Source: Prosthecobacter sp. (GTDB taxonomy: Bacteria > Verrucomicrobiota > Verrucomicrobiia > Verrucomicrobiales > Verrucomicrobiaceae). From it: 64,000 nt of DNA. This document shows positions 8,214 to 17,796 of the stretch, piece by piece. The notes beneath the pieces are model-generated. The model worked only from the letters and a program-made list of their open reading frames with translations, made no database searches and had not been told where the DNA came from. Positions within the stretch are counted from its first letter, which is position 1. Each line of letters begins with the position of its first letter. The DNA is taken from NCBI GenBank assembly GCA_044378005.1, contig JBILYB010000011.1; one strand, given 5' to 3'. The translations under genes were made by a program, and so were the position numbers.

Positions 8214-11039
8214 ATGACTTGCCGCTTTCTTCCGACCTTCTCCGTTTTCTTTGCTCTGGCGTCTGCTGCGCTGATGGGGGCGGACTTCCCTGCCCTCTAC
8301 AATTCCGATCCCGGTGATGCGCAGCCGCCGACGCCGCAGGAGTCCCTGAAGATGCTGAAGCTGCCGCCGGGCTTCAAAGCGACACTCTTTGCAGCGGAGC
8401 CGGACGTGCAGAATCCCATCGCCATGGCCTGGGATGCCAAGGGGCGGATGTGGGTGGCGGAGAACTACACTTACGCAGAGCGGCAGAAGCGCTTCGATCT
8501 GGGGCTGAAGGACCGGGTCATCATCCTGGAGGACAAGGACTGGGACGGCGTGGCGGAGACGCGGAAGGTTTTCACGGAAGAGGTGCAGATGCTGACCAGC
8601 GTGGAGGTCGGGCGCGGCGGCGTGTGGCTGATGTGCCCGCCGCAGGTGCTCTTCATCCCAGATCGCAATGGCGATGACATCCCGGATGGCGAACCCGAGG
8701 TGGTGCTGGATGGCTTCACGGTGGCGAAGGACAACTACCACAATTTCGCTAACGGCCTGCGCTGGGGCCCGGACGGCTGGCTCTACGGTCGATGCGGGCA
8801 CTCCTGCCCCGGACGACTCGGTGTGCCCGGCACGCCGGACGAGCAACGCATCCCGATGAAGGGCGGCATCTGGCGCTTTCATCCCGAGCGGAAGATCGTC
8901 GAGGTGCTGACGCACGGCACCACGAATCCCTGGGGCCATGATTGGGATGAAAACGGCGAGATGTTCTTCATCAACACCGTCACCGGCCATCTCTGGCACC
9001 TCATCCCCGGTGCTCATCTCATGGACTCCAGCACGCTGAATCCGCTCGTGTATGAAAAGCTCGATACCATCGCCGATCACTACCACTACGACCGCAGCGG
9101 GAGCTGGACGGAATCCCGCGATGGCAAGGCCAACAGCCTCGGCGGCGGCCACGCCCACATCGGCATGATGATCTATCAGGGTGACCAATGGCCCGAGCAG
9201 TATCGCAACAAGCTTTTCACCCTGAACATGCACGGTCGCCGTGCGAATGTGGAGCGCCTCGAACGCAACGGCAGCGGCTACGTCGGCAAACATGAGCCCG
9301 ATGTCTTCCTCACCGACGATCCTTGGTTCCGTGGCATCGAAATCAGCACCGGCCCCGACGGCAGCGGTTTTATTTTGGACTGGAGCGACACGGGAGAGTG
9401 CCACGAAAGCACCGGCGTACATCGGACGAGCGGGAGGATTTTCAGGATCAGCTATGGGGAGGTGAAGAAGCTGGAGAAGCCCTTTGCTTGGCGGAAGCCT
9501 TTGCCAAAGCCTGACTTCAAGGGCGATGAGCATCAGCGTGTGCTGGCAATCCGTGAGATGACGCAGTTTTGGCCGATGGATACCATTGAAGGTAGATGTC
9601 AGAATCTAGGATTCAAATGGGCGGCAAGCCCGGAGGTTCCTCGACTGATTGACTTGGCCCGCACCGAAAAATCCAGCTTCGTCCACCTCACACTCGCCAG
9701 CACGCTCCAACGGCTGCCGTTGAGTCGCCGCCCCGAACTCGCCATCGAGCTTCTGAAGCACGCGGAGTATGCCGACGACCCCTTCCTGCCGCACATGGTC
9801 TGGTTTGGCATCAGCCCGCTGGCGAAGCATGACCCGGCAGCGCTGGTGAAGATCGCCCAGCATTGCTCCTGGCCGAAGACGCTGAAGTGGATCGCGCGCA
9901 GTCTCGCCACGCAGCCGGAGCATCTGAATGCGCTGCTGACAAGCGCGAAGCCTGAGCAGGCGGCGAACATCCTGGAAGGGATGTCGGAGGCCTTCAAAGG
10001 TCTGCGCAAGGTGCCGAAGCCGGAGGCTTGGGAGGCGTTCGTAGTTCGGGCTTCAGCCCGTGCTGGGAGTGCCGAAGAACGGGCTGAAGCCCGAACTACG
10101 AACTCAATCCGCGACCTCTCCATCCTCTTCGGCGATGGCCGCGCGCTCGATGACGTGAAGAAGATCGTGCTGGATGCCCAGGCGGAGACTCCCACCCGCG
10201 AGGCGGCTTTGAAGACGCTGATCGAGGCCCGTCCCGCCGACCTGCGCGCCGTTTGTGAAGGCCTGCTCGACGTGCGTGGCCTGAACGTCACCGCCGTGCG
10301 CGGGCTGACGCTCTTTGATGACCCAGCCATCGGCCAAAGACTGGCGAAGGATTACCGCAAGTTCGCCCCCGCCGACCGCCCCGCCGTGCTGGACGCGCTC
10401 GTCTCTCGCCCCACTTGGGCCGCTGCGATGCTGGAGAGTGTGGGCAAGGGCCAGATCACCCGCACGGAGGTGACCGCCTTTCATGCCCGGCAGATTCGCG
10501 GCTACAATGATGAAGCTCTCTCGAAGAAGCTCACCGAAGTCTGGGGCGAACTGCGCGAGTCCGCCGCTGATAAGAAGGAATTGATCGAGAAGCTCAAGAA
10601 ACAGCTCGATGCGCCCACTTTGGCGAAAGCCAACCTCAGCCAGGGGCGCATGCTTTTCACCGCCGTCTGCGGTGCCTGTCATGTCATGTACGGTCAGGGC
10701 GGGAAGCTCGGGCCCGACCTCACGGGCAGCGGGCGGGCGAACATCGACTACCTCCTGGAAAACATCGCCGACCCCAGCGGCGTGGTGCGTGCGGACTTCC
10801 GCATGAGCCTGCTCACCCTCAAAGATGGCCGCAGTCTGAGTGGCGTCATCGCTGAAACCACGGACAAAACCCTGACCCTCCGTACCTTGACCGAAACCCT
10901 GACCCTTGAGCGTGCTGAGATCACGAAAACCGAGACCTCCCCCATGTCGATGATGCCGGAAGGCCTGCTTCTTGCTTTTCAGCCGGAGCAGATCCGCGAC
11001 CTCATCGCCTACCTCATGCACCCGGTGCAGGTGAAGTGA
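8214..11039 (+). CDS. PVC-type heme-binding CxxCH membrane-associated dehydrogenase-like protein
   Basis: Signal peptide, propeller motifs (FAAEPDVQNPIAMAWD, NGLRWGPDGWLY), HEAT-like region and C-terminal CGACH...GPDLT. Start is ATG 8214. Confidence 0.9.
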   Translation: MTCRFLPTFSVFFALASAALMGADFPALYNSDPGDAQPPTPQESLKMLKLPPGFKATLFAAEPDVQNPIAMAWDAKGRMWVAENYTYAERQKRFDLGLKDRVIILEDKDWDGVAETRKVFTEEVQMLTSVEVGRGGVWLMCPPQVLFIPDRNGDDIPDGEPEVVLDGFTVAKDNYHNFANGLRWGPDGWLYGRCGHSCPGRLGVPGTPDEQRIPMKGGIWRFHPERKIVEVLTHGTTNPWGHDWDENGEMFFINTVTGHLWHLIPGAHLMDSSTLNPLVYEKLDTIADHYHYDRSGSWTESRDGKANSLGGGHAHIGMMIYQGDQWPEQYRNKLFTLNMHGRRANVERLERNGSGYVGKHEPDVFLTDDPWFRGIEISTGPDGSGFILDWSDTGECHESTGVHRTSGRIFRISYGEVKKLEKPFAWRKPLPKPDFKGDEHQRVLAIREMTQFWPMDTIEGRCQNLGFKWAASPEVPRLIDLARTEKSSFVHLTLASTLQRLPLSRRPELAIELLKHAEYADDPFLPHMVWFGISPLAKHDPAALVKIAQHCSWPKTLKWIARSLATQPEHLNALLTSAKPEQAANILEGMSEAFKGLRKVPKPEAWEAFVVRASARAGSAEERAEARTTNSIRDLSILFGDGRALDDVKKIVLDAQAETPTREAALKTLIEARPADLRAVCEGLLDVRGLNVTAVRGLTLFDDPAIGQRLAKDYRKFAPADRPAVLDALVSRPTWAAAMLESVGKGQITRTEVTAFHARQIRGYNDEALSKKLTEVWGELRESAADKKELIEKLKKQLDAPTLAKANLSQGRMLFTAVCGACHVMYGQGGKLGPDLTGSGRANIDYLLENIADPSGVVRADFRMSLLTLKDGRSLSGVIAETTDKTLTLRTLTETLTLERAEITKTETSPMSMMPEGLLLAFQPEQIRDLIAYLMHPVQVK
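10037..10103. repeat. GTAG-type REP inverted pair inside a CDS
   Basis: Perfect 24-bp inverted repeat GTTCGTAGTTCGGGCTTCAGCCCG (10037-10060) and its reverse complement (10080-10103), with a 19-nt spacer. Each arm has the internal hairpin CGGGCT-TC-AGCCCG. Confidence 0.85.
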
Positions 11040-11105
11040 CCGCCTCCGCTCTTGACTCCCCCGCCACCTCCGCCGAAGAACTCGCTCCTTTTTCCCTCCC
11101 CAAAA

Positions 11106-12101
11106 ATGCCACGCCGAATCTCCTACCGCGACGCCATCCGTGAAGCCCTCGATGAAGAAATCGCCCGCGACCCCATGGTCGTGGTCATGGGTGAGGAAGT
11201 CGCTCAATACAACGGTGCCTACAAGGTGACCCAGGGTCTGTGGGAAAAGTGGGGCGACAAACGCCTCGTCGATACCCCGATCTCCGAAGCAGGCTTCATC
11301 GGCATGGGCATCGGTGCCTCCATGCTCGGCGTGCGTCCGGTGATGGAGCTGATGTTCTGGAGCTTCTATACCGTGGCCTGGGATCAGATCGTGAATAATG
11401 GCGCGATGGTGCGCTACATGAGCGGCGGCAAGATCAATGTGCCCATCGTCATCCGTGGTCCGGCCAATGGCGGCACCAGCGTCGGCGCCACCCATTCCCA
11501 CACGCCGGAAAACATCATGGCGAACTTCCCCGGCATGAAGTGCGTCTGCCCCAGCAACGCCTACGACGCCAAGGGCCTCATGAAGGCCAGCATCCGCGAC
11601 AATGACCCCGTCATGTTCATGGAGAGCACCGTCCTCTACGGAGCTGAATGGGATGTGCCCTCGAACGACGAAATCCCCGGCGGCGACCTCTTCATCCCGC
11701 TCGGTCTCGCCGACGTGAAGCGCGAGGGCACGGACATCTCCCTCATCGCCCACGGCAAAGCGGTGATCACCTGCCTGGAAGCCGCCCGCATCCTGGAAGA
11801 AGAGCACGGCATCAGCGCCGAGGTCGTTGACCTCCGCAGCATCCGCCCGCTGGATGAAGAGACCATCTTGAACTCCGTCGCCAAGACGCATCGCGCGATC
11901 TACGTCGAGGAAAACAAGCCTTACTGCGGCATCGGTGCCCAGATCGCCTACATGATCCAGGAGCGCATCTTCGATGAACTCGATGCCCCCGTGCAGCGCG
12001 TGTGCAGTCTGGACTCCCCCGCCATCTACAGCCCACCGCTGGAGGCTCTCCAGCTTCCGACAGCGGATGTCGTGGTGGCGAAGGCGCTCGGCATTTGCTG
12101 A
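11106..12101 (+). CDS. pdhB: Pyruvate dehydrogenase E1 beta subunit
   Basis: GEEVAQYNGAYKVT, DTPISEAGF, RGPANG and EVVDLRSIRPLD. Confidence 0.9.
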   Translation: MPRRISYRDAIREALDEEIARDPMVVVMGEEVAQYNGAYKVTQGLWEKWGDKRLVDTPISEAGFIGMGIGASMLGVRPVMELMFWSFYTVAWDQIVNNGAMVRYMSGGKINVPIVIRGPANGGTSVGATHSHTPENIMANFPGMKCVCPSNAYDAKGLMKASIRDNDPVMFMESTVLYGAEWDVPSNDEIPGGDLFIPLGLADVKREGTDISLIAHGKAVITCLEAARILEEEHGISAEVVDLRSIRPLDEETILNSVAKTHRAIYVEENKPYCGIGAQIAYMIQERIFDELDAPVQRVCSLDSPAIYSPPLEALQLPTADVVVAKALGIC

Positions 12102-12187
12102 GATCGCCCAAGCGACACAGGTCGATGCAGTGATGTGATTGCCGCGTGCAAACGTTGGGGCATGATGGGCGTTCACTTCGCTCCACC

Positions 12188-13078
12188 ATGACCAACCGCC
12201 GCTCCTTCCTCTCCTCCGCGCTTCAAGCCAGTGCCTTCGCTCTTTCCATCCCAGCCTGCGGCCAGGAGCCCAAACCGGTGCGCCAGCTCCGCAAGGCCAT
12301 CATGGGTGGCACGCTCGGCATCAAGGGGACGCTGATCGAGAAATACACGGCCGCTAAAGTGGCAGGTTATGAAGGCGTGGAGCCCTCTGGAGGCGCGAAT
12401 CAGCAGGAGATCATCGACGCGCTCGGAGCCTCCGGATTGAAAGCGGCCAGCGTCTGCTGCCACACACACTGGAAACAAACCCTCACCCACAACGATGAGA
12501 AGATGCGCGAGGAAGGCCTGCAAGGCGTGCTGACCACGCTGCGCGATGCGAAGGCTTATGGTGCTGAGTCCATCCTCGTCGTGCCGGGTGTTTGCAATGA
12601 AGAGGTGCCCTACCACCTCGCCTGGGAGCGCTCGATCACGCAGATCAAGAAGGCGGTGCCACTGGCAAAGGAACTCGGCGTCAAGATCAGCATCGAGAAC
12701 GTCTGGAACAACTTCATCCTCAGCCCGCTGGAGGCCGTGCGCTTCCTGGATGAGATCGGCGATCCCATCGTCGGATGGCATTTCGACATCGGCAACGTGC
12801 TGCGCTACGGCTGGCCTGAGCAATGGATCACCGTGCTGGGCAAGCGAATCAACCGCATCCATGTGAAGGAATACAGCACAAAGAAGATGAAGGACGAAGG
12901 TGTCTGGAAGGGCTTCGACTGCGATCTGACGGAGGGCGACAACAACTGGCCTGCCATCATGAAAGCGCTGGATGATGTCAGCTACACCGGCTGGGCCATC
13001 AGCGAACAGCGCGGCGGCATGAATCCAAACGGTCTGAAGATGCTGACCGAGCGGATGGACCGCATCTTCGCGATGTGA
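12188..13078 (+). CDS. Sugar phosphate isomerase/epimerase (xylose isomerase-like TIM barrel) with Tat signal
   Basis: TNRRSFL twin-arginine signal, IENVWN, HFDIGN and IHVKEY. Confidence 0.88.
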   Translation: MTNRRSFLSSALQASAFALSIPACGQEPKPVRQLRKAIMGGTLGIKGTLIEKYTAAKVAGYEGVEPSGGANQQEIIDALGASGLKAASVCCHTHWKQTLTHNDEKMREEGLQGVLTTLRDAKAYGAESILVVPGVCNEEVPYHLAWERSITQIKKAVPLAKELGVKISIENVWNNFILSPLEAVRFLDEIGDPIVGWHFDIGNVLRYGWPEQWITVLGKRINRIHVKEYSTKKMKDEGVWKGFDCDLTEGDNNWPAIMKALDDVSYTGWAISEQRGGMNPNGLKMLTERMDRIFAM

Positions 13079-13108
13079 TCCTCCGCTGATCGTTCGGGCA
13101 GGTGCCGA

Positions 13109-14200
13109 CTAAGCGAGCACCTGCTTCAGAACTTCGATGCATTTCTCATTCTGCGGCATGGTGCCGATGGAGATGCGCACCCATTCAGGCAGCTTGTAGG
13201 CGGCCATGGCACGGACGATGACGCCCTTGTCCATCATGGCTTTGAAGACGGCATTTCCATCACCGACTTTGACGAGGACGAAGTTCGCGTAGCTCGGGAT
13301 GTATTCGAGGCCCATCTCACCGAACTGCGTTTGCAGATAGGTGCGGCCTTCGTCAGTGATGCGCTTGGTTTTGTCCTGATGCTCCTGGTCGATCAGACCT
13401 GCGAGCGCGCCCGCCTGGGCGATGGAGTTGAGATTGAAAGGCTGACGCGTGCGCTGGAGGACGTCGATCAGTTCCTTGTTCGCCACGCCATAGCCGACGC
13501 GGGTTCCTGCAAGACCCTGGATCTTCGAGAAGGTGCGCAGGACGACCACGTTGCGGCCTTCGCGCACATATTTCAAGGTGTCGGGCGGGTTGTCGAGGAA
13601 CTCGTAGTAGGCTTCGTCAAAGACGACGACGACGTGGTCAGGCACCTTGGCCATGAAGCGGTCGATCTGCTCCTGGGTGACGAGTGTGCCTGTTGGGTTG
13701 TTCGGATTGGCGATGAAGACCTCCTTCGTCTCCGGCGTGATGGCCGCAGCCATGGCGTCGAGATCATGCACGTAGCCTGGATCTGGCACCTCGATGGTGC
13801 TGGCACCGAAGACCTTGGCCATGAGTTTATAAACGAGGAAAGCGTGCTCGGCGGTGATGATATTGTCACCCGGCTTGAGGAAGGCGTGACCGATGAACTC
13901 GATGACCTCATTACTGCCGCAACCCATGATGAAGTTGCCCATTTCCAGGTCAAACTTCTCAGCGAGCGCGTTGCGCAGCTTCCAGGAAGCTCCGTCCGGA
14001 TAGATGTGGACTTCCTCGCAGGCTTTCTTCATCGCCTCGATAGCCTTCGGGCTGGGGCCGAGGGGGTTCTCATTGGAGGCCAGTTTGATGATGTCCTCGG
14101 GCCGCAGCCCGCGCTCACGGGCGACATCCTCAATGGGTTTACCGGGTTCGTAGGCGACGAGATCTTTGAGCTGCGGGTTGGCGTAGTTCCAAATGGACAT
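13109..14200 (-). CDS. hisC: Histidinol-phosphate aminotransferase
   Basis: KLASNENPLGPS, NPNNPTG, DEAYYEF and RTFSKIQGLAGTRVGY. Confidence 0.95.
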   Translation of the reverse strand: MSIWNYANPQLKDLVAYEPGKPIEDVARERGLRPEDIIKLASNENPLGPSPKAIEAMKKACEEVHIYPDGASWKLRNALAEKFDLEMGNFIMGCGSNEVIEFIGHAFLKPGDNIITAEHAFLVYKLMAKVFGASTIEVPDPGYVHDLDAMAAAITPETKEVFIANPNNPTGTLVTQEQIDRFMAKVPDHVVVVFDEAYYEFLDNPPDTLKYVREGRNVVVLRTFSKIQGLAGTRVGYGVANKELIDVLQRTRQPFNLNSIAQAGALAGLIDQEHQDKTKRITDEGRTYLQTQFGEMGLEYIPSYANFVLVKVGDGNAVFKAMMDKGVIVRAMAAYKLPEWVRISIGTMPQNEKCIEVLKQVLA

Positions 14201-14371
14201 GGTGGGTGGCGGAAGGGCGGCTCTATCGACTGAATCTAAGAGGCTGGCAAGCCCTAGCGTAGCGGGGATAAGCATCAAAAAAGACGCTAAAATGACTGCC
14301 CAAAACGTTTTCACCTGTGATGTTGCCATCTTGGCTCGATTTGAGCATGGTAAGACTCAGTTTAAGTCCAG

Positions 14372-15565
14372 ATGCCAGCAGCCTCTGTCACATGCCCCCA
14401 CTGCGAAAAGTCTGTCGAGATTCAGGTCACGGCTGTCACTCGTTCACGCCCCTGCCCTGACTGCGGACGCACGATCATGCTTCAAGTGGCGGGCCGCAGC
14501 AGCGGCTTCAAGCACAAGGCGCTGCTGATGAGCCCGACGCCGCCGACAGACTCCCTGGAGAAGCCAGATTTCATCGACGACGCCTCCTTGTTTCCTGGAG
14601 ATGCCTTTGAGCGAATGTGCCTCGACCCGGAGCTCATTCGCACCAGGACTCAGTTCATGGCAGGTGCAGGGGCTGTGATAGCGCTCATCCTTGCAGCCGC
14701 AGTGATCCATTGGACCGATGTTTGGCCAAGACCGGCGCTCAGCATCGAACTGAACAATGTGACCGTGTCTGACACGCCCCAGCTCTCCTCGAAACCATCG
14801 GTCGGAACTCAATCCGTGGTCGCCGTGACTTCAAAACCGATTCAGATCGGCGAGCCCATCAAACGACTCTCCTTCCGACCTGCGAAACCGAGCACCTCAG
14901 AGCAACCCACGGTGAACGAAGATCCGCTTTGGGCTTTGGAGAAATTTCTGGCAGCAGCCACAGTGGATGAAAAGCTGGCCTTTGCGCTGAACGCCACCCA
15001 GGTAGAACCCGCACTTAGAGAGTACTACCTTCATCATCCCGTGGGAGCCCTGCCCTACAGCCACATCGAAAGACATTCCCAGAGCCCGGCCAATTTCACT
15101 GAGTTCCGCGTGGTGCTCCGCGATGGGACCAAAAAATTTGCGGCCGTGATCCCCACCCCCGAGGGGCCTCGTGTGGACTGGGCAAGCTTTGTCGCCCTCG
15201 GAGATCTGGAGTGGGAGCAGATGCGGCAGGCCCGCCCCACACGTCCGGTGCTCATGCGCGTGCTCGCCACGCCTGGATCGCAGTTCAGCGGCCCTTTTAG
15301 CAATAAAGACAAGCTCCGCTGCATCCGGCTCGTCCCTGCGGCAGATCCTGCCGCCATGCCCGTGTTCGGCTATGTGCCCAAGGAAACTGAACTGGCACGC
15401 CAGCTTGACATTTGGCTCGGCCAGGATGCCAGCGGCGGCACACCGCTCACGCTGAGATTGTGTTATCCAGCGCAGACAGTCACCCATGATCAGGCTTGGA
15501 TCGCCGAACTGGTCGTGCCCGGCTGGGTCACCGTGGCGACGAATGGTGCTGGCGAGGGTGAGTGA
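14372..15565 (+). CDS. Hypothetical membrane protein with N-terminal zinc ribbon
   Basis: CPHC...CPDC at the N-terminus, one TM helix (AGAGAVIALILAAAVI), then a large C-terminal domain. Confidence 0.75.
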   Translation: MPAASVTCPHCEKSVEIQVTAVTRSRPCPDCGRTIMLQVAGRSSGFKHKALLMSPTPPTDSLEKPDFIDDASLFPGDAFERMCLDPELIRTRTQFMAGAGAVIALILAAAVIHWTDVWPRPALSIELNNVTVSDTPQLSSKPSVGTQSVVAVTSKPIQIGEPIKRLSFRPAKPSTSEQPTVNEDPLWALEKFLAAATVDEKLAFALNATQVEPALREYYLHHPVGALPYSHIERHSQSPANFTEFRVVLRDGTKKFAAVIPTPEGPRVDWASFVALGDLEWEQMRQARPTRPVLMRVLATPGSQFSGPFSNKDKLRCIRLVPAADPAAMPVFGYVPKETELARQLDIWLGQDASGGTPLTLRLCYPAQTVTHDQAWIAELVVPGWVTVATNGAGEGE

Positions 15566-15574
15566 GCCAATCAC

Positions 15575-16777
15575 TCAAGCGCGAAGAAGCTCCGCGAGAG
15601 CGAGGATATTCATCACGGCTTTTGGCACGAAGCTGTCAGGTTCCACGAACTCAGGCAGCTTGCTCCCGTCCGCGCTGCGTTCGGAGCAGTGTGCATTCCC
15701 ACCGACGGGGCCAAGACCATCAAGCGTGGGACCGAGCGCACAGAGGTAGTTGGCATCACTGAGTCCGCCCCGCTGCTCAGCCACAGCGCTGAAGCCAAGA
15801 CGTGCGGCGGCATTCTCCCAAACATGAAAAAGCGCCTCTGTCGGCATACCACCGGGCCAGGCTTGTGTGCGTCCGAGGCAGTCGATGACGATCTCTCCAT
15901 GCGCCCCAGTGCGTCCGCCGAAAAATCGCAATGCTTCCTCGGCCCGAACGAGCACCGCAGGATCAAAGGCGCGCATCTCCAGATCCGCCACAGCCTCATG
16001 CGGCACACGATTTAACACCGTACCTCCATGTATGGAGGCAATGTTCACCGTCAGAGCCTGACTCACATCCGTGAGCGCACTAATCGGAGGCAGAACACTC
16101 GCGAGTTCGACGACGGCATTGATGCCCGAGGCATGATTGCTCCCCGCGTGCGCCGCACGGCCATGACAGGTGACACGAAATTCGGCCCGCCCCTTCCTCG
16201 CCGTGACGAGATGCCAGCCTGCGGCATCTCTCGGCCCGCCTTCGAACACGAACACAGCACGCACACCGTGTGGACAACGTTCGCGCGTGCAGTTCGCAAA
16301 GTCGGAGCCGATCACCTCCTCCGCCGAGTTCGCAGCGATGAGCCAGTGCGTGGACTCAAAGAGGTCCGGCAAGACTTCGCGCATCACTTTGAGCATGAGC
16401 CAGATCATCGCCGTGCCGCCCTTATTGTCCACCGTGCCGGGACCGTAGATACGCCGCCCGTCAGGCTGCCAGCGGAAGTCATTTGCCAGCTCTTCTTCGG
16501 GTGGGAAAACGGTGTCCAGATGCGTGACGAGCACGATGGGCGGCTGCTCAGCAGGTCCACGCCGAAGAAACAAATGACTGCCGTGCTGCGGATGCGTGGC
16601 AGGCACGAACTCCGGCTCGAACCCCAGCTCAGCAAAGCATTCAGCCGTGAGCTGGCCGAGTGCATTCACTCCCACGATGTTCGTGGTGAAGCTGTTGATC
16701 TCCACCATGTGACGGAGCCAGTCGAGCATCTGAGGCAGAGCGTCTTCGGCGCTTTGATGGAGCGGGCGGAGATCCAT
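15575..16777 (-). CDS. M20/M25/M40 family metallopeptidase
   Basis: THLDTVF, GPGTVDNKGG, EEVIGS, HAG and GGLSDAN motifs. Confidence 0.9.
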   Translation of the reverse strand: MDLRPLHQSAEDALPQMLDWLRHMVEINSFTTNIVGVNALGQLTAECFAELGFEPEFVPATHPQHGSHLFLRRGPAEQPPIVLVTHLDTVFPPEEELANDFRWQPDGRRIYGPGTVDNKGGTAMIWLMLKVMREVLPDLFESTHWLIAANSAEEVIGSDFANCTRERCPHGVRAVFVFEGGPRDAAGWHLVTARKGRAEFRVTCHGRAAHAGSNHASGINAVVELASVLPPISALTDVSQALTVNIASIHGGTVLNRVPHEAVADLEMRAFDPAVLVRAEEALRFFGGRTGAHGEIVIDCLGRTQAWPGGMPTEALFHVWENAAARLGFSAVAEQRGGLSDANYLCALGPTLDGLGPVGGNAHCSERSADGSKLPEFVEPDSFVPKAVMNILALAELLRA

Positions 16778-16791
16778 GGGAGAGGAAAAAA

Positions 16792-17733
16792 CTACTCACG
16801 CTTCCGCCACGGCAGAGAGCCGAGCAGCCGACGTGCGGGTGATCGTGAAACTAGAAGCTGAGTGCCTTCACGCTCGCTGCCGGAAAGGATGTCAGGGTCA
16901 CCAAAATCAAAATCTTCAGCACGCGGCAGTCCGTGGGGCAGCAGCGCTGCGGACTCGGCAAGCACTTCATCCTCTGTCACTGCCAGCGCATCCTCCTCAA
17001 TCGCCACAGATGGCAGGTGAGCATGGATGTCAGGCTTGGTCGCAGGCGCGGCCAGGCGGCTGGGGACGACGAGGCCGCCAGAGAAGATGAGCTTCATCGC
17101 ATCTTCGACGCTCAGTGGAGCATCGGTGAGTTGCTCCAGCGGCACCACGAGGAGAAGGCCCGTCATCGGACTCAGCGCACCAGGGATGAAGACGGCGGCG
17201 AGCACCTTGTTTTGCTGTGGGTCCAGATACTGACCGGTGACGAAACCGAGCATCTTCATGTCACCCGAGGGGTAATCGACATAGACCACACGCTTGAAGT
17301 TCTGTCGTCCACCCAGGCCTTTGAAGCCGTCGATCACCTGCTTCATCGTCTTATAAATGAAGGAAGCGATGGGCACGCGCATGAGCAGGCGATCAATGGC
17401 GCTGACGACGCGCACGCCGAGCACATGAGTGGCCATGACACCAAGAGCCACAAAGACGATCACCGGAATGAGAAAGCCAACGAAGTTGACGACCTGCTTG
17501 TAGGTCTCACCCGCTGGATCGACGACCGTACGGCCTTCGATCTCATTGATCTTCAGGGCCAGGAACTCGATGGCGGGCTCACTCCAGCCATGGAGAAGAT
17601 GGTAGGCACTGGTCAGCACCCAAAAGGTGATCAGCAAAGGCAGCGCCACTGCCAGACCCGCAAAGAATTTGTTCCGCAACCACACGAAGGGGTTACGGAT
17701 CACTGGAGCTGGACTGGACACCGGGGGAGGCAT
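16792..17733 (-). CDS. DUF502 domain membrane protein
   Basis: 'RNKFFAGLAVALPLLIT', 'IYKTMKQVI' and 'MKLIFSGG'. Start is approximate. Confidence 0.85.
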   Translation of the reverse strand: MPPPVSSPAPVIRNPFVWLRNKFFAGLAVALPLLITFWVLTSAYHLLHGWSEPAIEFLALKINEIEGRTVVDPAGETYKQVVNFVGFLIPVIVFVALGVMATHVLGVRVVSAIDRLLMRVPIASFIYKTMKQVIDGFKGLGGRQNFKRVVYVDYPSGDMKMLGFVTGQYLDPQQNKVLAAVFIPGALSPMTGLLLVVPLEQLTDAPLSVEDAMKLIFSGGLVVPSRLAAPATKPDIHAHLPSVAIEEDALAVTEDEVLAESAALLPHGLPRAEDFDFGDPDILSGSEREGTQLLVSRSPARRLLGSLPWRKRE

Positions 17734-17796
17734 AGATGGGATACGATGGTAGTGTCGATGATGTCGCGCCTTGTTCAATCAACATCACCGACGAAC

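Noticed and set aside
11106-12101. pdhB without adjacent pdhA or pdhC
   Set aside because: Split dehydrogenase operons are common, and the protein looks canonical.
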